From NCBI GenBank assembly GCA_965231005.1, contig OZ246405.1, positions 431,877 to 474,222 on the forward strand: 42,346 nt of DNA, read 5' to 3'. Of the stretch, positions 8,297 through 15,097 are shown one piece after another. Positions within the stretch are counted from its first letter, which is position 1; the number at the start of each line of letters is the position of its first letter. The stretch is from an uncultured Gammaproteobacteria bacterium. Lineage in GTDB: Bacteria; Patescibacteriota; Patescibacteriia; Magasanikbacterales; UBA922. The position numbers and the translations under genes are program-made. The notes beneath the pieces were generated by a model. That model had not been told where the DNA came from, made no database searches, and worked only from the letters and a program-made list of their open reading frames with translations.

Positions 8297-9013
8297 ATGC
8301 ACTACGAAACTATTGAGGGAACAACCCACATTTACGTCGACGAGGGCGAAGATAGGGCGGCGGTTCTTCGAGCTCTTGTCTTGGCGTCATTCAACATGGC
8401 CAGGCCGTTTGGCCTGAGTCGTGTAGGATTTGCTACAGATTTCAGACTGACCGATGATCACGTTGGTCTATTCATTGAAGATACTGGTGATCCCAATTCT
8501 GGTTCACGCGTCGTTCGGATGGAGTACATCGACGGACGTCAGTGCGCAACCAGGATTTTCTCGCAAGGTGAGGGGCACTTCACACTTCAGAACACGGTTT
8601 TCGAGCCTGATCGTGGTGAGCCTGATCCCATGCTCGACTACGCGAAAAAGCTCCTTGCTGGCGTAGAAGTTTCGGATTTTCCGCTGACGACCCACATGTT
8701 CAAAGGACGGAGTCTTGAGCTCCGACTGCGAGAGTGGGGTATTGAGCGACAAGACGGCGAAGACGACTGGGCACTGCGTGGACGCGCTTTTCTGGCAATC
8801 TTCAAGCAGCGACCGGCGTTTGCATTCGAGCTCGTCATGGGCATGTGCCTGTCTGAGATGGATGAGATGGATCAGATCTTGTTCACGATCCTGATGACTG
8901 ACACTGCACATACGCCTGCTGGTCTCCAGCGCTTTGTCCGACAGTATGGGGAAGATCCACAGCCGGGTTGCGAATTCCGTGCTCAGGCAGCGCGTAGGCG
9001 AGCGCAGCAATAG
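8297..9013 (+). CDS. Hypothetical protein, 238 aa, high-GC orphan
   Basis: Long ORF with high-GC codon usage and a GGGGGTGG SD just before the ATG. No family recognised. Confidence 0.65.
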   Translation: MHYETIEGTTHIYVDEGEDRAAVLRALVLASFNMARPFGLSRVGFATDFRLTDDHVGLFIEDTGDPNSGSRVVRMEYIDGRQCATRIFSQGEGHFTLQNTVFEPDRGEPDPMLDYAKKLLAGVEVSDFPLTTHMFKGRSLELRLREWGIERQDGEDDWALRGRAFLAIFKQRPAFAFELVMGMCLSEMDEMDQILFTILMTDTAHTPAGLQRFVRQYGEDPQPGCEFRAQAARRRAQQ

Positions 9014-9033
9014 TCTCGATCAACAACCAACCA

Positions 9034-9079
9034 GCGCTGTTGTAGGAAATTTTCCAGGAGGGAAGTACTACAACAGCGC
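9034..9079 (+). terminator. 12-bp perfect stem hairpin after the 238-aa ORF
   Basis: GCGCTGTTGTAG (9034-9045) pairs with CTACAACAGCGC (9068-9079) around a 22-nt loop. No adjacent U-run, so terminator function is uncertain. Confidence 0.35.
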
Positions 9080-9136
9080 GCAACAAAAGCAGCTTTTAAA
9101 AGAAGGCTGTTTTTGTTTATATTCTATTCGTTATCA

Positions 9137-9165
9137 TTGACAAGACACCTTATCTTCTGTATGGT
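9137..9165 (+). promoter_or_regulatory. Sigma70-type promoter of the MFS cassette
   Basis: TTGACA (9137-9142), 17-nt spacer, TATGGT (9160-9165), inside a short AT-rich stretch between two GC-rich ORFs. Confidence 0.55.
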
Positions 9166-9219
9166 TCTTAAGAATCGTGCGTCATTTTGCGACCACGAAC
9201 GATCTTTCAGGAGGGCAAC

Positions 9220-10737
9220 ATGCTCAAGACAGCTTTGTGGACGTTTGTGTCCATTACGCTTGCTGCAGCTCCGGCGTTTGCAGCGGGTGGTGGGGACAAA
9301 CCCTGGTACACCGGCATTACGCCGATTCTCATTCTCTTGGCCACGATTGGTTTGGTCATCCTTCGCCTGCCTCAGGTCAAAGAGGAATTCGAAGGGCAGC
9401 TGGCCCATTTGCGCAACAGTGCGTTTCGACACCGGCGTGCCGTGAACTGGATTCTGCTGGGTCTGACCTACGCGTTCCTGTACTGGGGGCGCTACAACCT
9501 GAACCCGGCCATCTCTGCCATCGGCGGCAAGAGCATGGTTGCTGACTTCAACTGGGTCTTCGGTGCTGGCACAGCCGTATACGGCGCGTCGTTTCTCATC
9601 AATGGTCCGCTCACGGACAGACTCGGTGGTCGGTTTTCCATTCTCACAGGTGCCTTCGGCTCGATGATCATGAACGCACTCATGGGTGCTGCCTGTTGGG
9701 CAAGCTTGAACGGTCATATCGATTCAAAAGAACTGTTCTGGCTGCTCGTGTTTCTCTACCCGGCGAACATGTACTTCCAGTCCTTCGGCGCAGTCGCAAT
9801 CGTCAAGTGCAACTCAGCATGGTTCCATGTTCGAGAGCGTGGTGTGTTCGGAGCAATCTTCGGCATCATGATCTCCATGGGCATCTACTTTGCCTTTGAC
9901 TGGAGCTACTACATCGTTGGCAAGAGCGGACTGAACATGCCTGCGCACTGGGCGTTCATTGCTCCGGCTGCAGCACTCGGGATCATGTTTGTTTTCGACG
10001 TTTTTGTTGTGCGCAACCGTCCGAGCGAAGCAGGTCATGCTGACATCAACACTGGCGATGCAAGCTCTGGTGACACTGGTCCTGCAGACGGCGCGGTCGC
10101 TGTGTTCAAGCGCATGTTCACCAACCCTGTCATCATGACCATTGCCTGCATCGAGTTCTGCAGCGGCTTCCTGCGTCAGGCGATCATGCAGCAGTACCGG
10201 TTCTTCGCAAAGTTGACCGGGATTGCTGATTCGTTCGTCTACCAGAACTGGGGCCTGCTCCTATGCTGCGCTGGCATTCTCGGTGGTGTGTTCGCTGGCA
10301 CGATCTCTGATCACATGTTCAACTCCAGGCGCGGTCCTGTTGCTGGTGTGCTCTACATCGGCATGGTACTCGGAAGTGCTGGCATGTGTTTCTTGCTCGG
10401 TTCACCTGCGCTCGGCTGGCTCGTGATCTTCATGTCGTTCTGCGTCATTGGCGTGTATGGCATGCTCTCTGGTACAGCAAGTATGGATTTCGGCGGAAGC
10501 AAGAACGTGGGTATTGCTGTTGGTATTATCGACGGCTTTGTCTACGCTGGCACTGCGCTCCAGTCGATTCTGTACGCAACAACTCTGCCCAAGGCTGGCA
10601 CGGCAGCAGCAGCTGACCCGTCGAGCTGGTGGTTCTGGCCTGTTGCGATGATCCCGTTCGCAGTCATCGGCTTGCTCCTGGCCTACAAGATCCGCAACGC
10701 AAAACCCAAACCAAAACCCAAACTGGCAGCTGTCTAG
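9220..10737 (+). CDS. MFS transporter, organophosphate:Pi antiporter (GlpT/UhpC)-like, high-GC
   Basis: About 12 predicted hydrophobic spans. The N-terminal region YWGRYNLNPA...GASFLINGPLTDRLGGRF resembles the GlpT/UhpC signature region. I chose the ATG at 9220 (AGGAGGGcaacATG) rather than the track start 9187. Confidence 0.7.
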   Translation: MLKTALWTFVSITLAAAPAFAAGGGDKPWYTGITPILILLATIGLVILRLPQVKEEFEGQLAHLRNSAFRHRRAVNWILLGLTYAFLYWGRYNLNPAISAIGGKSMVADFNWVFGAGTAVYGASFLINGPLTDRLGGRFSILTGAFGSMIMNALMGAACWASLNGHIDSKELFWLLVFLYPANMYFQSFGAVAIVKCNSAWFHVRERGVFGAIFGIMISMGIYFAFDWSYYIVGKSGLNMPAHWAFIAPAAALGIMFVFDVFVVRNRPSEAGHADINTGDASSGDTGPADGAVAVFKRMFTNPVIMTIACIEFCSGFLRQAIMQQYRFFAKLTGIADSFVYQNWGLLLCCAGILGGVFAGTISDHMFNSRRGPVAGVLYIGMVLGSAGMCFLLGSPALGWLVIFMSFCVIGVYGMLSGTASMDFGGSKNVGIAVGIIDGFVYAGTALQSILYATTLPKAGTAAAADPSSWWFWPVAMIPFAVIGLLLAYKIRNAKPKPKPKLAAV

Positions 10738-10820
10738 CGTCACCCTCTCTTCGCAAGCAGATGCCCTCCGACGTTTCAGTACGGAGTCCGTACCTTCGAC
10801 TTCGTCGAAGCGTCGGACGA

Positions 10821-10875
10821 GCCCCTGTGTTGTCGTACTCCCCAAAAGAGTGCGATGACCAGGGGTTTCTTTATT
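10821..10875 (+). terminator. Hairpin plus T-rich tail ending the MFS cassette
   Basis: GCCCCTG (10821-10827) pairs with CAGGGGT (10860-10866), followed by TTCTTTATTT. Smaller hairpins at 10778-10792 and 10793-10810 precede it. Confidence 0.45.
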
Positions 10876-10991
10876 TAAAAGCTGAAAAGGCTCTAAAAGC
10901 TTTAAAGGCCATAAAGGCCTTTTTTATATATGAAAATAGACAAAACAAGAGCTTTTAGCCTTTAAGGCATTTACGGCTTTTAAGGCCTTTT
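10876..10991. repeat. 9-bp-periodic inverted-arm repeat, full copy D (inverted relative to B and C)
   Basis: The left arm 10876-10924 is the reverse complement of the B right arm (46 of 49 identical). The spacer is similar to the reverse complement of the B spacer. The right arm reverse-complements to AAAAGGCCTTAAAAGCCGTAAATGCCTTAAAGGCTAAAAGCT, which resembles the B left arm. Confidence 0.9.
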
Positions 10992-10996
10992 GTTTA

Positions 10997-11025
10997 TTGA
11001 CTTTACCTAGAATTCATGCTACGTT
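10997..11025 (+). promoter_or_regulatory. Sigma70-type promoter of the PpnP-like cassette
   Basis: TTGACT (10997-11002), 17-nt spacer, TACGTT (11020-11025). The TTG start used by the ORF track is this -35 element. Confidence 0.55.
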
Positions 11026-11068
11026 GAAACAAATCATCCGCAATTTTGCGATTTTTCAAGGGGGTAGC

Positions 11069-11383
11069 ATGCCACATTCACAGATTCAACACACGCCATA
11101 CAGAGGCGGCGCAGTACAGTCTCTCAAGTTCGATCTCGAGTCCACTGGCGAGACCTGGTCTGTCGGCGTGATGACGCCTGGCGAGTGGAGGTTCGATGCA
11201 GAGGTCGACGAAGAACTTCGCATCGTCGTCGGTTCGCTCGTCGATGGGCGCTTCAACACGACGCACGCGTGGAACGACAACCCGTTCCTTCGTCTCATTC
11301 CTGCCGGGACTTCGGTCACGTTCGTGTGCGAAGACAACGTGGCCTACACCTGCAAGTACGGCACCGAGCCCAGTCAGGCCTGA
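11069..11383 (+). CDS. ppnP: Pyrimidine/purine nucleoside phosphorylase PpnP-like (DUF1255, cupin), high-GC
   Basis: Aligns by eye to remembered E. coli PpnP/YaiE: Y.G.V.S..F...STG..SVGVM..GE..F.......E....V.GSL and C-terminal AYTCKY versus SYLCRY. About 104 aa. AGGGGGtagcATG. Confidence 0.7.
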   Translation: MPHSQIQHTPYRGGAVQSLKFDLESTGETWSVGVMTPGEWRFDAEVDEELRIVVGSLVDGRFNTTHAWNDNPFLRLIPAGTSVTFVCEDNVAYTCKYGTEPSQA

Positions 11384-11413
11384 GAACAAGTGGAAGTACA
11401 ACTTCAAGGAGCA

Positions 11414-11470
11414 AGCCCCTGAGTTACCATCCTTTCGAAAGGAACAAGGTAACCAGGGGCTTTCGTTTTT
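11414..11470 (+). terminator. Long hairpin terminator of the PpnP-like cassette
   Basis: AGCCCCTG (11414-11421) pairs with CAGGGGCT (11454-11461), with inner stems GTTACC/GGTAAC and TCCTTT/AAAGGA, followed by TTCGTTTTT. Confidence 0.65.
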
Positions 11471-11523
11471 GTCTTGCCTACAAACTCAATTCAATTTATA
11501 CTAGACAAACTAATATTCTAATT

Positions 11524-12372
11524 ATGAACATCCTTCTAGGCATTAGTTTTGCATTTCTTTGCATGATTTCATGGGCAACGTCTGATTTGGTTACAAAAGT
11601 TTCTTTAGATAGAGAATCAAAATGGAAGGTTCTTGTTGTTGGACAATTTATTGGCGGTGCAATTGTTTTTCTTGTTGCACTATTTTTTGTTGATTTAAGA
11701 ATTTTATTGTCAGAAGGTGTTTTGTATTTGCTGCTACTTGGTTTTATCAATTTTGTGGGGATGTATACGTTTTACAAATCAATGCAAGCAAAAGGAATTG
11801 CACTTACTGTTCCAATTGTTGCATCATGGGCGTTTATCACAGTGTCACTTGGTGCAATTTTCTATGAAGATGTTGTAACTGCATTACAATGGATAGCAAT
11901 TGCGCTTATTACCATTGGTGTGTTTTCAATTACATTTAAAAAGACAAAGCACATTCATTTTGATAAATCATTTTTTTATGCACTTGCTTCAATGTTCTGT
12001 TGGGGAATATTTTTCTTTCTTTTGAAAATTCCAAATGAAATTTTTGGTGCACTTGTTGTAACATTTTCAATAAAATTATTAACATCATTTTTTTCAGTTC
12101 CAATGCTGATAAAAAGAAAAGTGAGTATTATAAAAACAAAGCCAAAGGCAATGTTTTCTCTTTTCTTAATTGGAACACTCGATGCAGGAGGATTATTATT
12201 TTTTAATGCAGCACTTAGCCAAACATCGCTCTCTATTGTTTCTGCAATTTCTGCTGCTGTGCCAGTTGTAAGTGTTATGCTTGGGCTGCTTGTATTAAAA
12301 GAAAAATTGACAAAGATGCAAGCGATTGGCGTTGGTATTGCTGCAGTTGGTTTGATTTTGGTCTCAATCTAA
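11524..12372 (+). CDS. EamA/DMT family transporter
   Basis: About 10 hydrophobic spans and a duplicated EamA-like architecture. AT-rich host composition. The ATG at 11524 (MNILLGISF) is used; the track ORF 11185.. reads through from the GC-rich region upstream. Confidence 0.7.
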   Translation: MNILLGISFAFLCMISWATSDLVTKVSLDRESKWKVLVVGQFIGGAIVFLVALFFVDLRILLSEGVLYLLLLGFINFVGMYTFYKSMQAKGIALTVPIVASWAFITVSLGAIFYEDVVTALQWIAIALITIGVFSITFKKTKHIHFDKSFFYALASMFCWGIFFFLLKIPNEIFGALVVTFSIKLLTSFFSVPMLIKRKVSIIKTKPKAMFSLFLIGTLDAGGLLFFNAALSQTSLSIVSAISAAVPVVSVMLGLLVLKEKLTKMQAIGVGIAAVGLILVSI

Positions 12373-12392
12373 ATTTAATGCAATTACTAAAA

Positions 12393-12416
12393 GACAGCCT
12401 TTGTAGGGCTGTTTTC
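12393..12416 (+). terminator. Rho-independent terminator of the EamA gene
   Basis: ACAGCC (12394-12399), loop TTTGTAG, GGCTGT (12407-12412), then TTTTCATTT. Confidence 0.6.
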
Positions 12417-12417
12417 A

Positions 12418-12446
12418 TTTACAATTCTTTTGAAAAATGATATAGA
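12418..12446 (+). promoter_or_regulatory. Sigma70-type promoter of the 217-aa orphan cassette
   Basis: TTTACA (12418-12423), 17-nt spacer, TATAGA (12441-12446). Confidence 0.45.
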
Positions 12447-12477
12447 TACTATACAACTCATTGCCGAAGGAGGCATC

Positions 12478-13131
12478 ATGTCAACTCAGCAGCCTGTCCA
12501 CGTCACAGCAATCGTATTTCTTCAGGATGTGCTTGGCATCTCTGATCTTGATGTCATTGGCAAATGGCTTGGACGCAAGTCCATTGCTCGGGAAACCGTC
12601 CTTGTAGTTTATCCTGACATTACGTTGCAAGTAAAGGATACTGGCCAGTGGATTCAGTCGACTCCATTCAGAAGTACAGCTGCACCGTACGCGCGCATCG
12701 GTGGTGGTAGCGGATCCAAAAGACAAGCCAAATGTTGGGCTCTTGCTCAAGAACACAAAATTCCCGAACAGAGCAGCACAGCTACTGTTGTATCAAACCT
12801 TTGTTTTTCTCCGGGTGTTCGAGTTGATACTCTCGAGGAGTTGCCCGACGGCAGAGTGCTATTTCAGGGCGAGGACGACAGGTGGCAAGTAGCCTACGAG
12901 TGGGGAATGCATGAACCAGGACAAGGCTGGAGTGGTTGTGAGTGCATCTTCCGTTCGTTTTCGATTTACATACTCATGAGGAATGGTTTTGGTCGGAGAA
13001 CCAATGAGGAACACGGCGCTTGGGATTCCAAGGACGAGGCAATCGAAGCGACAGATGGCGTGCTTCAACTGAAGGAACAGAAACAGTTTCACGAACGAGG
13101 TCGGCCGCGCGTTCCAGATCTCAAGTTCTAA
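12478..13131 (+). CDS. Hypothetical protein, 217 aa, high-GC orphan
   Basis: The ATG at 12478 is preceded by AAGGAGGcatc. GC-rich codons. No family recognised. The track start 12430 lies in the AT-rich promoter. Confidence 0.6.
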   Translation: MSTQQPVHVTAIVFLQDVLGISDLDVIGKWLGRKSIARETVLVVYPDITLQVKDTGQWIQSTPFRSTAAPYARIGGGSGSKRQAKCWALAQEHKIPEQSSTATVVSNLCFSPGVRVDTLEELPDGRVLFQGEDDRWQVAYEWGMHEPGQGWSGCECIFRSFSIYILMRNGFGRRTNEEHGAWDSKDEAIEATDGVLQLKEQKQFHERGRPRVPDLKF

Positions 13132-13220
13132 CAGCCGATCGATTTCTGTACAAAAAGGGGACAAACAATTAGCGACTTGCCGTCTGCGTCTTGACCAGCA
13201 CGGCAAGCGCAGACATTCTT

Positions 13221-13241
13221 CACCATAAAAGGTGTTTTTTT
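13221..13241. terminator. Weak hairpin plus T7 run between convergent genes
   Basis: CACC-ATAAAA-GGTG followed by TTTTTTT. Only a 4-bp stem. It sits between the orphan ORF (+) and the 13261..13869 gene (-). Confidence 0.35.
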
Positions 13242-13260
13242 ATTCTCAGTCTTAAATAAA

Positions 13261-13869
13261 TTATTGCCCTAGGACAATATCACTTACCTGAATTGATCCA
13301 TCAGATAATAACTTTCCAAAAATTTCTACACCAGGACCTTTGTATTCATCATAGATACTATTTCCATTTTCATCTATTCCAAAATACGTTACACAAGATC
13401 CATTTTTAAAACCGATTGCATGTATCAGGCATGTATCATCTATTTTTAAGGAATGTGTTTTTGTTGTTACTCCTGTTTCTGTTCTTTTTCCCATCTTAAC
13501 ATACCATTTGTCTATAGATTTATTTTTGTCATTGTTAAAAAGTTGTCCAGATCCTAAATCTTCTCCACCAAATGCAATTGGATCCATTGAACCTTTTCTT
13601 CGTACAGTTTTTTCACCATACTGCAAAAGACTCTCAGAAAGTTCTTTCTTTAAAGAGGTTTCAATATCATATTTTTTCAGCTCTTTACCAATATCTTCAA
13701 CAAATGTTTTGTCTTCATGTCTACATTGTCGCGGATAGCTTTCCATAGCTGGATTTCCTGCAGCAAGACATTCTTCAAAATTTGAAACCTGAGTTTCTTG
13801 GTCTTTTGAAGGAAGAGAAATAAAACCGGCAACGGCAAATACAATAATTATAAGAAGTATTTTTTTCAT
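13261..13869 (-). CDS. Secreted or lipoprotein-like hypothetical protein
   Basis: N-terminal signal-like MKKILLIIIVFAVAGFISL. Host AT-rich composition. No family recognised. Confidence 0.6.
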   Translation of the reverse strand: MKKILLIIIVFAVAGFISLPSKDQETQVSNFEECLAAGNPAMESYPRQCRHEDKTFVEDIGKELKKYDIETSLKKELSESLLQYGEKTVRRKGSMDPIAFGGEDLGSGQLFNNDKNKSIDKWYVKMGKRTETGVTTKTHSLKIDDTCLIHAIGFKNGSCVTYFGIDENGNSIYDEYKGPGVEIFGKLLSDGSIQVSDIVLGQ

Positions 13870-13871
13870 AA

Positions 13872-14744
13872 TTAATTTTTCTTACTTTCCAAAATCATTA
13901 CTCTTTTAATAGAAAACGCTGGGTGACTTTTGTCATGAAACATATTTTTCAAAACAAATAATTCATCCATGATTTTTTGTTGTTCTTCAAAACTTGGATC
14001 CACCTCAACAAGATCAAAGCCAAACGTTTCTCCGTTTAAATCATTTTCAAAGAACCATAGTTTACTTAGATCAGACGTTTTGAGTCCAGCATCTGTTCCT
14101 TCTTTTATTATCTTCTTTCTCAAATTATTAAAACTAAATTCTCTTTTTGACTCATCAAAAATGTCAGAATCATTAAACAATTGATAATACAGCCAGATTT
14201 TATTTTGCATGCTGTCAAAAAAACCTGGATTTTCTTTGTATTTTTTTAAAACATCATCTATGGTCAATTTTTTCGAAAGATCAGAAACAATAGTCGATAA
14301 TAGAAGATATCCTTTTGGTTTTAATATATTATGTATCCCTTTAAAAAATAATGGCCAGTCTGTGTAGGCAAGATTGCAGTGCGGCTCATCTCCCATAACA
14401 ACATCAAATGAGTCATTTGGAAAAAGTTTGTCTGCTTCAAGCCAATTTCCAAAAACTATTTTTTCTTTTTTATTCTCTTCTTTTACAAATCGACTCATTG
14501 CCTTGTACATTGATTCATCTGCATCGAGCAATGTTGTATCTATGTCATGCTTTTGGAGCATGTCTCTTATTTCAGGTGTTGAACCAGTAATCAAAACTTT
14601 TAGTTCTGGATTTTGCTTTTTTAATTCTAAGATTTTCTTTTCCCAAAATGTTATTTCATCTTTACTGGGTCTCCATGGCGGTACAATTTGTTCCCATCCA
14701 CTACTTAGTTTTTCCCAAGTAGGGACATACATTTCTTTTGTCAT
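13872..14744 (-). CDS. Putative SAM-dependent methyltransferase (class I-like)
   Basis: VLITGSTPEIRDML ... DVVMGDEPH ... LKPKGYLLLS resembles the spacing of Rossmann MTase motifs I, II and post-I. Weak assignment. Confidence 0.45.
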   Translation of the reverse strand: MTKEMYVPTWEKLSSGWEQIVPPWRPSKDEITFWEKKILELKKQNPELKVLITGSTPEIRDMLQKHDIDTTLLDADESMYKAMSRFVKEENKKEKIVFGNWLEADKLFPNDSFDVVMGDEPHCNLAYTDWPLFFKGIHNILKPKGYLLLSTIVSDLSKKLTIDDVLKKYKENPGFFDSMQNKIWLYYQLFNDSDIFDESKREFSFNNLRKKIIKEGTDAGLKTSDLSKLWFFENDLNGETFGFDLVEVDPSFEEQQKIMDELFVLKNMFHDKSHPAFSIKRVMILESKKN

Positions 14745-14751
14745 ACGTCTT

Positions 14752-15087
14752 TTAGCTATTCAATTTTTTTATTCTTTTTACAATTGCATCTTGGAATACA
14801 CGAAATGCTTTTCTTTTTTCCTTCTTATAAATATATGGCATACCAACAATAAAATCACATTCAGGACATCGTATTGGAGAAATGTCTTTGATATCTTTCT
14901 TTTCTAGTCCTACAAGTTTTTTTGGTGAAATAATTCTATCCATATACAGCCGTCGTAAATTTCCAGGACCATCTTTTTGATACTCAGCAAATATCGTATC
15001 ACATTTTCTACAATGTAAATTGAGTAAACGTGAATATCCACCTCTTGCTGATTTGTATTTGTCCTTTTTAAATGTTGTTTTTGCCAT
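14752..15087 (-). CDS. Small zinc-ribbon protein
   Basis: CRKC...CPEC pair of CxxC motifs in a basic protein of 111 aa. Confidence 0.5.
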   Translation of the reverse strand: MAKTTFKKDKYKSARGGYSRLLNLHCRKCDTIFAEYQKDGPGNLRRLYMDRIISPKKLVGLEKKDIKDISPIRCPECDFIVGMPYIYKKEKRKAFRVFQDAIVKRIKKLNS

Positions 15088-15097
15088 GATGCATTAT

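Noticed and set aside
6842-10991. The repeats as integron attC sites (VCR-like, since they are ~120-bp imperfect palindromes between single genes).
   Set aside because: No GTTRRRY core sites and no intI-like recombinase are in the window. Flanked genes include core host genes (rlmH), orientations are mixed, and cassettes 5-7 lack the repeats. I keep it only as a loose analogy.
9187-12477. The N-terminal extensions given by the ORF track (9187, 10997, 12430, 11185), and likewise 31145, 8099, 15916, 17289 and 26544.
   Set aside because: The extensions run through AT-rich promoter or leader DNA. The TTG at 10997 is the -35 box itself. An internal ATG preceded by an SD, or one that removes an overlap with the neighbouring gene, fits better.
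8454-13206. Overlapping and antisense ORFs in the other GC-rich cassettes (8454..8666, 8504..9010, 8638..8844, 8883..9086, 9124..9717, 9177..9545, 9492..9683, 9814..10038, 10402..10845, 10629..10958, 11078..11407, 11086..11337, 11196..11504, 12481..12756, 12859..13206). The ORFs 17305..17592, 17321..17536, 23379..23882, 23557..24021 and 23858..24076 are of the same kind.
   Set aside because: This is the same GC-driven artefact. Each overlaps a better-supported ORF that has its own promoter, SD and terminator.
13176-13214. Two overlapping stems after the 217-aa ORF as a riboswitch-like switch.
   Set aside because: The stems are short (7 bp), there is no conserved ligand-binding core that I recognise, and they lie 3' of the ORF. 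They are noted under the cassette finding only.
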